From Candidatus Terrybacteria bacterium RIFCSPHIGHO2_01_FULL_48_17 (GTDB taxonomy: Bacteria; Patescibacteriota; Minisyncoccia; Terrybacterales; 2-01-FULL-58-14), in assembly GCA_001822835.1 (NCBI GenBank), contig MHSS01000013.1:10321-74320 (forward strand): a stretch of DNA of 64,000 nt, written 5' to 3'. A model generated the notes under the pieces. That model worked only from the letters and a program-made list of their open reading frames with translations. It searched no databases and was not told the DNA's origin. Below, in pieces: positions 40,765 through 49,449 of this stretch; within the stretch, counting starts at the first letter, position 1; every line of letters begins with the position of its first letter. The position numbers and the translations under genes are program-made.

Positions 40765-40845
40765 TAAAAATCTCGCCCCCTCCGTATGATCGAGCGCTCT
40801 TGTTGGCAGTACGCTTCGTACGAGTGATCTTAAACAAATCTATCT

Positions 40846-41253
40846 ATGCCAAAATCTGATCAAGAACTGAAACAGTATTATCAGGCATTTTTAGATAATA
40901 ATGGACTTATTCATGTGGTATTTGCAGTCCCTGCGAAGGATTCGCAAGATAACATGCGCAAGGCCGAACTGATCGAGCACGATATTCTTGCCTTGTACAA
41001 AACGCATCCGGGAAAACGATTTCGAATGCTCGTTGACCTAGTACCATTGGGAGAAAACCACTTTATTCCTGAAGGAGCCCGCGAAGTATATTTCCGTATC
41101 GCTTCCAACCCGCAGCTTGAGAAAATGGCAGTGGTTGGTCTTAACCCGCATCTTAAGGGAACCATTCAGTTTTTGGCTCAGGTGAGCAGCGGAGAGGGTC
41201 GTATCCAGTGGTTTGAAGATGAGGTAAAGGCCCTGGAATGGCTTATGGCATAA
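40846..41253 (+). CDS. STAS/SEC14 (SpoIIAA-like) domain protein
   Basis: MLVDL...KMAVVG...FEDEVKALEWL. Confidence 0.75.
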   Translation: MPKSDQELKQYYQAFLDNNGLIHVVFAVPAKDSQDNMRKAELIEHDILALYKTHPGKRFRMLVDLVPLGENHFIPEGAREVYFRIASNPQLEKMAVVGLNPHLKGTIQFLAQVSSGEGRIQWFEDEVKALEWLMA

Positions 41254-41295
41254 TGGCTTGCAGTACAGTCCAATCCGTTCCATACTAAAGAGAAG

Positions 41296-41445
41296 ATGGT
41301 TGGGAAAGTAAGGCGTTGGTATCAATCGCTTCCGCCGCGCAAACAACGTGCTGTGCGGCTTTTTCTCCTTGGATTTATCCTCCTTGTGATAAGTATGTTG
41401 GGTTTGTGGGGTTCGCTGCCATATTATCAGTCGATAAATCCATAG
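41296..41445 (+). CDS. small single-TM protein (49 aa, not in ORF track)
   Basis: MVGKVRRWYQSLPPRKQRAVRLFLLGFILLVISMLGLWGSLPYYQSINP; basic N-terminus then a TM segment; fills the gap before dnaG. Confidence 0.5.
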   Translation: MVGKVRRWYQSLPPRKQRAVRLFLLGFILLVISMLGLWGSLPYYQSINP

Positions 41446-41463
41446 GCCCGTTTTTAATTTTTT

Positions 41464-43224
41464 ATGCTCACGCCTGTTGAAGAAATTAAAGCGCGGCTCG
41501 ATATTGCTGATGTCGTGCAGGGTTATATAAAACTGCAGAGAGCCGGGGCAAATTTTAAAGCCACATGCCCCTTTCACGCCGAAAAAACACCATCCTTTTT
41601 TGTCTCACCGGAGCGGCAAACCTGGCATTGTTTTGGGTGTAATATCGGTGGCGATATGTTCAGCTTCGTCGAGCGTATCGAGGGAGTTGAATTTAAAGAT
41701 GCGCTGCGGCTGTTAGCACGGCGTGCGGGCGTAACACTTACCCCTCCGACGCCTGAAGCAAAAAAATCATCTGAAGCAAAAACGCGTATTGCCGAGGCCA
41801 ATGAACTTTCCTGCCAGTTTTTTGAAACGCAGCTTGCGCGCTCACGTCAAGGGAATGCGGCAAAGGTCTATCTTAAATCGCGCGGCGTGAACGAAGAAAC
41901 TATCCGAACCTTTCGTATCGGGTTTGCCCCTTATACGCCAGATGGGCTGACCAGTTTTCTTCGCACGAGAGGATATTTGGAGAATGAAATGGTAAGTGCC
42001 GGCCTCGCGATAGCCGATAAGGGTTACGGGATAAAAGATAGGTTCCGCGGCCGGATTATGTTTCCGATTTCGGATCGTGCAGGGCGCGTGCTTGGTTTTT
42101 CCGGTCGCATTTTCGGGCGTCAGGAGCAGGAATACGATCCTAAATACTTAAATACTTCTCAAACTCCGCTTTTTGATAAAAGCCGGGTGCTTTTTGGGTT
42201 GGCTCAGGCAACGCCGCATATCCGTCCCAAAAATACCGTGATTTTAGTGGAAGGACAGATGGATTGTGTTTTATCCCATCAAGTAGGCGTGGCCAATACT
42301 GTTGCGACATCCGGCACGGCGCTTACCTCTTTTCAGTTGCGTTTATTGAAGCGCCTGGCAGATACTCTGGTGATGGCATTTGATGCCGATAGCGCCGGCG
42401 AGGCAGCTGCGCGCCGCGGGGTGGACTTGGCGTTGCAAGAAGGTTTTATGGTTAAAGCAGTCGCTATTGATGCCGGTAAAGACCCTGCAGATTTTATCCG
42501 TCAGGATCCCGATTTGTGGAAAAAGCGGGTCGAAGAACCCATGCCTGTAATTTTATTTTTTCTGGATCGTCTTATTTCCCATAACGATGTTTCAACGGCC
42601 GAAGGCAAGCGTCTGGTGGGAAAAGAAATTTTGCCTCTGGTTGCGCAAATAAGTAACGCCATTGAGCGAGGCCATTTGGTTTCAGAGATTGCGCGACGAC
42701 TTCATGTGCGGGAGGAAACTATATGGGAAGAATTGTCGCGGCTTGTAAAAGAAAAAAAACATACGGCACCATCTCGTGTTACACCAGAAAATGCTCCCAT
42801 AATCTCTTCAAGGCGCGAGAAGCTTGAGGTGCGGCTGTTGGCAACGCTTTTATTGGTGCCGCAAGCACCCGAAGAAGTGAATTCTTTTGAGTTTTCGCAT
42901 GGGGCGCTTCAGGAACTCGCGGCAGCTCTTCAGCAAAATCGCGGCAATGTTCCCGAACATTTAGGCCTTGTGTTTGAACCCGTTTTGTTTCTTGCAGAGG
43001 AGTTAAAATCCGGAGAGATTGATGCCGCACAAGAGCTTCTGACCTGTCTGCGGGAACTTAATGCCCTTGTGGTGCGCGAACGTTTAGAAACACTGACAAC
43101 TGAATTGGAAGATGCGGAGCATGCCGGGGATATTGCGCGCATTGAAAAACTTGGCTTGGAAGTGCAGGAGCACTCCCGGAAATTGGGAAATATTTTGGGC
43201 AAGAATCTTAAATCGGTTGCTTAG
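41464..43224 (+). CDS. dnaG: DNA primase
   Basis: [11 protein letters not shown]...[34 protein letters not shown]. Confidence 0.97.
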   Translation: MLTPVEEIKARLDIADVVQGYIKLQRAGANFKATCPFHAEKTPSFFVSPERQTWHCFGCNIGGDMFSFVERIEGVEFKDALRLLARRAGVTLTPPTPEAKKSSEAKTRIAEANELSCQFFETQLARSRQGNAAKVYLKSRGVNEETIRTFRIGFAPYTPDGLTSFLRTRGYLENEMVSAGLAIADKGYGIKDRFRGRIMFPISDRAGRVLGFSGRIFGRQEQEYDPKYLNTSQTPLFDKSRVLFGLAQATPHIRPKNTVILVEGQMDCVLSHQVGVANTVATSGTALTSFQLRLLKRLADTLVMAFDADSAGEAAARRGVDLALQEGFMVKAVAIDAGKDPADFIRQDPDLWKKRVEEPMPVILFFLDRLISHNDVSTAEGKRLVGKEILPLVAQISNAIERGHLVSEIARRLHVREETIWEELSRLVKEKKHTAPSRVTPENAPIISSRREKLEVRLLATLLLVPQAPEEVNSFEFSHGALQELAAALQQNRGNVPEHLGLVFEPVLFLAEELKSGEIDAAQELLTCLRELNALVVRERLETLTTELEDAEHAGDIARIEKLGLEVQEHSRKLGNILGKNLKSVA

Positions 43225-43238
43225 TTTTTATACACATT

Positions 43239-44477
43239 ATGCGAAAGACCATAAAGTCCAAAAGGGGCCGCGCAAAGGCAAAACAAATACGAAAAACGCG
43301 TCTCGCAAAGAGGGGCAAAAAGAAAAGCGCGTCCATTAAAAAACCCAGGCGCAAACGTACAGTAAACGTCGGCATTACTCCCGAGGTGGTTTCTGAATTG
43401 ATTCGTCGCGGCAGGCAACGAGGATTCGTTACTTTCAACGAAATCGCAACACTGATCCCTCATATCGAGCAGGACATTGAGGGGCTTGAACGCTTATATC
43501 ACGATCTGGCACAGGAGAATCTTGAAATCGTTGAGCCAAAAGGATATTTGGAGGTGGATAAAGACAAGGAAGAGGAAGAAGAACCAAAAGACCTTAAACG
43601 TGTTTTGTCGCGCCGGCCAAAACACATCCCGACGCCGGGTGACTACGATTCGGTTCAGCTGTATTTGCGTGAAATAGGCCGCGAACGATTTTTAACGGCA
43701 GATGAGGAAAAGGATCTTTCCCGTCGCATTGAAAAAGGGGATCGCGAGGCATGGCGGAAATTGGTTGTGGCAAACCTACGGCTGGTTGTATCCATTGCAA
43801 AACGATATGTGGGGCGCTCACCCAATCTCACATTGCTTGATCTTGTGCAAGAAGGAAATTTGGGGCTTTTCCGCGCGGTCGATAAATTTGACTTTCGTCG
43901 CGGTTATAAATTTTCAACCTACGCTACTTGGTGGATCAGGCAAGCAATAACGAGGGCACTGGCTGATCAGGCACGTACCATTCGTATCCCGGTGCATATG
44001 GTAGAAACGATTTCCAAATATACACAGGTGAAACGACGGCTTTTACAAGACCTCGGCCGCGAACCCCTTGCAGAAGAGATTGCATCGGAACTTAATATAC
44101 AAGTTGATAAAGTGCATCATATTCAGCGAATCTCCCAAGATACGGTCTCGTTGGAAACGCCGGTTGGGGACGACGAGGAAGATTCGTTGTTGGGAGAATT
44201 TGTCGAAGACGAAAAACAATTAAATCCTCATGAAATAACAACGCGCGAGATCGTTCGAGATGAAATAAAAGCTATTCTCGGGGATTTGACACCGCGAGAA
44301 CAAAAGATTTTAAAAATGCGGTTTGGGCTTGATGAATACCAAGGGCAAACCCATACACTTGAGGAAGTGGGGGCAGAGTTTGGCGTAACGCGCGAGCGCA
44401 TCCGCCAAATTGAAGCGAAAGCGCTTGAAAAGATCAGGCAACATCACGCGGCGCGCAAGCTTGCAAGTACTTCGTAG
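43239..44477 (+). CDS. rpoD: RNA polymerase primary sigma factor
   Basis: [55 protein letters not shown]; follows dnaG. Confidence 0.96.
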   Translation: MRKTIKSKRGRAKAKQIRKTRLAKRGKKKSASIKKPRRKRTVNVGITPEVVSELIRRGRQRGFVTFNEIATLIPHIEQDIEGLERLYHDLAQENLEIVEPKGYLEVDKDKEEEEEPKDLKRVLSRRPKHIPTPGDYDSVQLYLREIGRERFLTADEEKDLSRRIEKGDREAWRKLVVANLRLVVSIAKRYVGRSPNLTLLDLVQEGNLGLFRAVDKFDFRRGYKFSTYATWWIRQAITRALADQARTIRIPVHMVETISKYTQVKRRLLQDLGREPLAEEIASELNIQVDKVHHIQRISQDTVSLETPVGDDEEDSLLGEFVEDEKQLNPHEITTREIVRDEIKAILGDLTPREQKILKMRFGLDEYQGQTHTLEEVGAEFGVTRERIRQIEAKALEKIRQHHAARKLASTS

Positions 44478-44499
44478 GTGAGCGTGCTACCATAAAATT

Positions 44500-44841
44500 A
44501 TGGGACGAGGTCCTGAAAGAATTCCCACACGATTTTTTAAAGAACAGGTGGCGGAGAGAATAGGCCGCGGCCCCGGTCGCCTTCCCTTGAATAGGGCTGA
44601 ACGAAAACGGATGCTTGGCACGTCGGTGAGTCCCAAACGTGCTTTAATTAGCGAGCGTCGATATGGTAGAGAAATGAGCCGGCGCGATTTTAAGAAATTT
44701 TTTGATCTCACACAACGTCCTTTGCCAGGAAGAGAAAAACCCCGTATTCGAGAACGAGTCGCGGATCGCCTCCAGCGTTATTTACGGCGCGGAAAATTTA
44801 AATCGCGCCCGCCGAAGGGATGGACGCCTTCAAAGATCTAG
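44500..44841 (+). CDS. hypothetical basic protein
   Basis: 113-aa Arg/Lys-rich ORF co-oriented after rpoD. Confidence 0.55.
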   Translation: MGRGPERIPTRFFKEQVAERIGRGPGRLPLNRAERKRMLGTSVSPKRALISERRYGREMSRRDFKKFFDLTQRPLPGREKPRIRERVADRLQRYLRRGKFKSRPPKGWTPSKI

Positions 44842-44866
44842 GATAGTATTGGTGTGTTCGCTATCT

Positions 44867-45178
44867 ATGCTTAATCTTTCACGCGATCAGGTCCGAAAAA
44901 TTCTGGAATACCTTGAAGCAGAAACCAATATTACACAGAAACAACTGTGGCGCGTACTTGAGAAGCACGGCGGTATTTTGCGCGATGGCGTTGATACAGC
45001 CGAGGAACGGAAGTTCGGACATCAAATACGTCCGCAAGAACGCGGTGACTTCTTTGACGAAATTGCAAAAGAAATGCATTTGACCCACGAGCAGCAACGA
45101 AAACTAAGGTATGCTATAAGTCCGCAGCATATTCGAGAGACGCTGCGCAGGATTGAAAAAGAAGCAAAGAATAACTAA
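44867..45178 (+). CDS. hypothetical protein
   Basis: 103-aa ORF from the ATG at 44867. Confidence 0.6.
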   Translation: MLNLSRDQVRKILEYLEAETNITQKQLWRVLEKHGGILRDGVDTAEERKFGHQIRPQERGDFFDEIAKEMHLTHEQQRKLRYAISPQHIRETLRRIEKEAKNN

Positions 45179-45206
45179 TCTTGGCGCCATCTGAAACGGT
45201 TCATAT

Positions 45207-45524
45207 ATGGTAGATAAAAGAAGATATCGTGACCGTGCTGAATATAACAAACAGGCAGTTGCTAAACGAAGACGGAAATTGAAATTGCTTGCGATTGAAT
45301 ATCTCGGCGGAAAGTGTTTGGCATGTGGCTATACGCGATGCGCCGCTGCATTTGATATTCATCATCGCAATCCGCAAAAAAAAGAATTTGGTCTTTCGAC
45401 GAAAGGATTGACACGCAGTTGGGCACGTATTAAAAATGAGTTAGAGAAATGCATTTTGCTCTGCGCGAATTGTCATCGTGAGATACATGTAGGATTTCGT
45501 AATCTTCCCAAACATTTACATTAA
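45207..45524 (+). CDS. HNH endonuclease (free-standing, homing-type)
   Basis: GGKCLACGY...FDIHH...CILLCANCHREIH. Confidence 0.9.
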   Translation: MVDKRRYRDRAEYNKQAVAKRRRKLKLLAIEYLGGKCLACGYTRCAAAFDIHHRNPQKKEFGLSTKGLTRSWARIKNELEKCILLCANCHREIHVGFRNLPKHLH

Positions 45525-45534
45525 CAATTTGTAT

Positions 45535-45848
45535 TCCGGGGTAGCTCAATGGTAGAGCAGCTCCCTGTCTTAAGGCAGCTTTTGGGGGAAACCCCAAATG
45601 AAAAATTTCGGGATAACGGTGAACCCTTCGATCGGCATAGGACAAGCGTACCTAACGGTAAAGGCAACACCGTGGGAACCCCCGCCACCCCTTTTTATTT
45701 TATGGAAGGCGGGGGGCGCCGTAGAGACTAGATACCGAAACGCCTACCGTCGATTTTTTCGATCATGGCGATGATATAGTCCACCCTCGCAAGAAACTGC
45801 GAGATTCGTGTAAGGAGTTGGTTGTCGGTTCGAATCCGACCCCCGGAG
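45535..45848 (+). tRNA. tRNA-Asn(GTT), intron-containing (exons 45535-45568 and 45811-45848)
   Basis: The joined exons give a TCCGGGG/CCCCGGA acceptor stem, GCTCC-CTGTTAA-GGAGT anticodon arm, GTCGG-TTCGAAT-CCGAC T arm and G73. Confidence 0.93.
45569..45810 (+). ncRNA. group I self-splicing intron in tRNA-Asn (between anticodon positions 35 and 36)
   Basis: P1 CTGT^C-TTAA-GGCAG with U-G at the splice site; R element CGTAGAGACTA; S element GATATAGTCC; terminal omega-G at 45810. Confidence 0.92.
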
Positions 45849-46892
45849 CAGATCTCGTGATTTAGGGTCAGAAACCATAAATCGTGAGAATGGAGACGTT
45901 TTGCGCGCCGCGGCAGAGACGCCGTAGCAAGCCATCGTTCGTGAGAGGACCTATTCCCTTTGGCGTAACCTTGATGCGCGGACCCTCCACCACGACGGCC
46001 TAGCGTATTGATTCTCTGGCGCCGTCATGTCCCTGTGTATAATCTTCGCGCTTGCCAGCTTCGCTTGCTCGTGCTACGAAGGAGATACAAACGCCTCACC
46101 CAGCCGAAAGGTCCGGTGAGGTCTTGTTATATGCAAACCGTCCTCTTTATCGACGGGAGAAATTTCCTCGGCAAGCTCAAGCAGGTATTTAAGGCAGCAC
46201 ACCGGCCGATGCCCTCATGGGCCACGTTTGACTTCCGCGGTCTGGTCGATCACGTCCTTAAAGGCGTTGCGGTAGACGAGCGGAGGATCTATTTCGCGCG
46301 CCTTGTCTTTCATCCCCAGACCGCCGATAAATCCCGCGCGCTTATCGAGGAGCGCAGACACCTAAAACGCCACCTTGAATCGACCGGATTTACATATATC
46401 GTGAGCGGGCATGTGCGCGCCAATGTCGTGAAGGACGCGTACGGGCATGAGGCCCTCGCGTTTAAGGAAAAGGGTGTCGATACCAAGATTGTCACGGATC
46501 TCGTGGTGGCTGCGTGCGATCGCAAGGTGAAAACCGCCATCATCGCAAGCTCCGATTCCGATTTGCAGCCCGCGGTCAAGGAGCTTAAGTTGCGCCGTAT
46601 AGAGCAGATCTACCTTGGCTTTGAGATCGAACCCAACAAAGGGCTCACCTACACGACCGACCGCACCATCCTCATCCGGAACGCAGAAGTACTACAATTT
46701 ATGGGCACGTCTACGTTGCCCTTCGAATCCAAAGAAGCTGCCTAGCGGCGACAACGAAACGGACACGGTGAACACCGTGAACAGTAGTGAACACTTCTAC
46801 CAGGTATGGACCAAGGCGAAGGGGTTTGTGACGAGCATCTGACAAGAGGTTCCCTGGCCGGGCAGGCTAACTTCGTCCGACCCCCGGAGCAG
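45835..46892. mobile_element. tRNA-Asn-anchored islet bounded by 17-bp direct repeats (no integrase)
   Basis: TCCGACCCCCGGAGCAG at 45835-45851 (tRNA 3' end) and 46876-46892. Confidence 0.75.
46131..46745 (+). CDS. NYN domain (PIN-like, LabA/DUF88) ribonuclease
   Basis: LFIDGRNF, KEKGVDTKI..D, SSDSDLQP. Confidence 0.9.
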   Translation: MQTVLFIDGRNFLGKLKQVFKAAHRPMPSWATFDFRGLVDHVLKGVAVDERRIYFARLVFHPQTADKSRALIEERRHLKRHLESTGFTYIVSGHVRANVVKDAYGHEALAFKEKGVDTKIVTDLVVAACDRKVKTAIIASSDSDLQPAVKELKLRRIEQIYLGFEIEPNKGLTYTTDRTILIRNAEVLQFMGTSTLPFESKEAA

Positions 46893-47051
46893 TATCGGGC
46901 ATCGAGCATATGAATACTCGATGCGTCCTTTTTATAGGGTACCGACCAATTCTTGGATTCGATCATTTTTTCAAACGGGTATCTCCGTAATCCTAAATCG
47001 AGCGCCAATACGATGAGCGCTCGATTTGGCTCGATACGGTACAATACTTCT

Positions 47052-47672
47052 ATGAGATATTTTCGATCCTCGACTCTGCTTGCGATCGTAGCGTTTATCG
47101 CGGCAAATGCCATGCCGTTTGTCTTTGGCGAAAACCTTAATCTTTTCTCGCTCCTCTTGTTCTACTGGCTTGAGACGGCAGTCATCGGCTGTTATAACAT
47201 CATGAAGCTTGCAATCATTAAGGAGTCCTATGCCGCTAAGGCGGTAAGGAATTTTGCGGCGTCGTGGATCATCGCACTAGGCCTTTATTTTATCTTCCTG
47301 ATGGTATTTACGCAGCTCATTCCTGGTCTTGAGCGCGAATTTCCCACATTGAAAGTAACACTATTGATATTTTTCTCGTATGCGGGGAGCCACGGCGTTT
47401 CGTTTTGGCAAAATTTCATAGGCAAACGCGAATATAAGTCCACAACGGCGAAGGAACAAATCAAGGCACCCGCCGGACGGCTCCTTGTGCTCCACTTTGC
47501 AATTGTCATTGGAGCGCTGGTCTTTGGCGGTCGTCTCTCCTCTACAATTGCCCTGCGACTATTCATCACCTTAAAAACACTTATTGACCTTGACGCGCAC
47601 TTTAAAGAACATGCCGTAGCGGCAAAACGATCACAACGCGATTTCAATGCGCCGCGAAGCGATAAGGGGTAG
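47052..47672 (+). CDS. membrane protein (DUF6498-like)
   Basis: AN..P..G, YWLE..VIG, SHGVSF, P.GRLLVLH, LKTLIDL.AH. Confidence 0.75.
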   Translation: MRYFRSSTLLAIVAFIAANAMPFVFGENLNLFSLLLFYWLETAVIGCYNIMKLAIIKESYAAKAVRNFAASWIIALGLYFIFLMVFTQLIPGLEREFPTLKVTLLIFFSYAGSHGVSFWQNFIGKREYKSTTAKEQIKAPAGRLLVLHFAIVIGALVFGGRLSSTIALRLFITLKTLIDLDAHFKEHAVAAKRSQRDFNAPRSDKG

Positions 47673-47699
47673 GAGATCTCATATGGTATAATAAAAATA

Positions 47700-48860
47700 A
47701 TGGGCGCAAACCGCGGCTTCACGCTCCTGGAGCTCATTATCGTTATCGCAATCCTTGCGATTTTGGCGGTGATTATTACATTAGCATTGAACCCCGCGGA
47801 ATTACTGGCTCGATCTAGAGATGCGCAGCGGCTTTCTGATTCGCGAACCCTCTCCACGGCGCTTCAGCTTTATACGGCAGAGGGCTCCAATCCCGATTTA
47901 GACGGCTCCATTTTAAACAATTGCGAGAACGGGGTAAGCCCTAACGCTTCTATTTTTATAAGTGGTGACGGACAAGCAGGGAATGATATTACAGACACCA
48001 CCTTTTCGGGGAGGGGCACTCCTGACGTCTTGGTGGCAAATCAGGATAATATGAGCATAAATGGATCGGGATGGATTCCAGTCGATTTCGCGACCGCACA
48101 TAGCGGTCTTGCTAATCTTCCTCTCGATCCTCGGTTTTCCGTGGCGAATCTAGCAGATGTAACCGAAGATGATTTTTTATATCTCTATGGTTGCGGGGAA
48201 AACCCTTTGGTATTTGAACTGAATACAAACATGGAATCCGATAAATTCTCCAATGGCGGCTCCGAAGATAAGGAATCCAAGGACGGCGGCAACACATCTA
48301 ATCTTTATGAAATAGGTACTGACTTATCTGTTATTGGGGGAGGCGGGGGCGCGGTGAGTTATAAAGTATTCATAACCTCCCAACAATATTATGGGAATGC
48401 TATGGGAGGGATAAGCGGGGCAGATTCTAAATGTCAAGCACGCGCCAACGCGGTAGGCCTTGGTGGAGTTACATGGAAAGCGTGGATTGTCGCAGATGGT
48501 TCGAGTCCGTCTAGTGCTTTTGTACACTTTGCCACGCCGATCTATCGGATCGATGGAGCACAAGTAGTAGATAACTGGGCAGATCTTATAGATGGAACAA
48601 TTGTTAACCCTATTAATGTTACGGAAAACGGGTCTTCGATCGGCAATGTGCAGGTTTGGACTGGTGATGACGGAAATACTATTGGGGAAGTTCCAGATAC
48701 AGTCAGGTCTTGTGCAACCAATTGGGATAATGCCACCGGCGCCTCAACGGGCTGGTACGGCCTTTCCGGATCTACCAATAGCCAATGGGTAGGAGGGAAT
48801 TTCGGAAATTGTAGTAGTTGGAATTTTCGGCTTTACTGTTTTTCGCAATCACCCTATTGA
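47700..48860 (+). CDS. type IV pilin-like protein with C-terminal DUF1554/endostatin-like domain
   Basis: RG^FTLLELIIVIAILAIL, LNPAELLARSRDAQRLSD; Gly linker; VFITS...GGISGADSKC...WKAWI...VWTG...RLYCF. Confidence 0.8.
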   Translation: MGANRGFTLLELIIVIAILAILAVIITLALNPAELLARSRDAQRLSDSRTLSTALQLYTAEGSNPDLDGSILNNCENGVSPNASIFISGDGQAGNDITDTTFSGRGTPDVLVANQDNMSINGSGWIPVDFATAHSGLANLPLDPRFSVANLADVTEDDFLYLYGCGENPLVFELNTNMESDKFSNGGSEDKESKDGGNTSNLYEIGTDLSVIGGGGGAVSYKVFITSQQYYGNAMGGISGADSKCQARANAVGLGGVTWKAWIVADGSSPSSAFVHFATPIYRIDGAQVVDNWADLIDGTIVNPINVTENGSSIGNVQVWTGDDGNTIGEVPDTVRSCATNWDNATGASTGWYGLSGSTNSQWVGGNFGNCSSWNFRLYCFSQSPY

Positions 48861-48911
48861 GATTTCTCATTTTTCAATAACTTCGGATGGCTATGGTCGA
48901 ATAGATAATAT

Positions 48912-48940
48912 AAAAATCCCCGCAAGAACTTGCGGGGATT
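48912..48940. terminator. bidirectional intrinsic terminator
   Basis: AAAATCCCCGCAAG-AA-CTTGCGGGGATTT. Confidence 0.8.
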
Positions 48941-48950
48941 TATGCGCCTC

Positions 48951-49349
48951 TTATTCTTTAAGCAATAGATCGGCATCCGAAAACTTCGGATATTCCCATA
49001 TTTTTGTTCCCTGAAAGACAATCACTTGGTCGCCTAGCGCATAGGAATGGAGTAACGTCCATCCGTCGATAAAGCATTGTTTGCAAAGAGCGACTTTAAT
49101 TATTCCAAGAAATTTGTCCCATTGTTCCCGACCCGTCCCTAACTTTCCTTCAAACCGCGGAACAGACCAAATGCCGTAATACAATGTAGATGTCTTGCAG
49201 CGGATGCACGATGCGACATTTCTGTTTTTCCAACAGAAAGAACAAGTATCATCAGGAATGTCATAAAATTTCGTTCCGGGACGGCAGCGCGCCGCACACT
49301 CGTCGCAAATGGGGTCAACATTTCCCATGCCGGTATAAATTGCCCTCAT
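48951..49349 (-). CDS. hypothetical Cys-rich (zinc-binding) protein
   Basis: CDEC, CSFC, CIRC, CKQC; GAGGAGG SD. Confidence 0.6.
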   Translation of the reverse strand: MRAIYTGMGNVDPICDECAARCRPGTKFYDIPDDTCSFCWKNRNVASCIRCKTSTLYYGIWSVPRFEGKLGTGREQWDKFLGIIKVALCKQCFIDGWTLLHSYALGDQVIVFQGTKIWEYPKFSDADLLLKE

Positions 49350-49449
49350 TAAAGGCCTCCTCTTTATTTATGATAATGAACGAGTTTACCCTAGCATTAT
49401 TTTTGTGTATGATCAACAAAAACGAAAACCCTTGCCGAAGCAAGGGTTA

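Larger units (their letters stand above)
40512..40784 (+). pseudogene. split or interrupted tRNA-Ser-like gene (outer) hosting a nested tRNA
   Basis: 5' half GGAGGGTTCGCATAGTGGCCTAGTGCGGTTGCTTG (40512-40546); 3' half GAGAGCAAC...GTTCG[palindrome]AATCTCGCCCCCTCCG (40709-40784). Confidence 0.7.

Noticed and set aside
45430-45935. ORFs overlapping the tRNA-Asn and its intron
   Set aside because: Shadow ORFs over RNA genes; the same applies to 19501-19719 and 40531-40837
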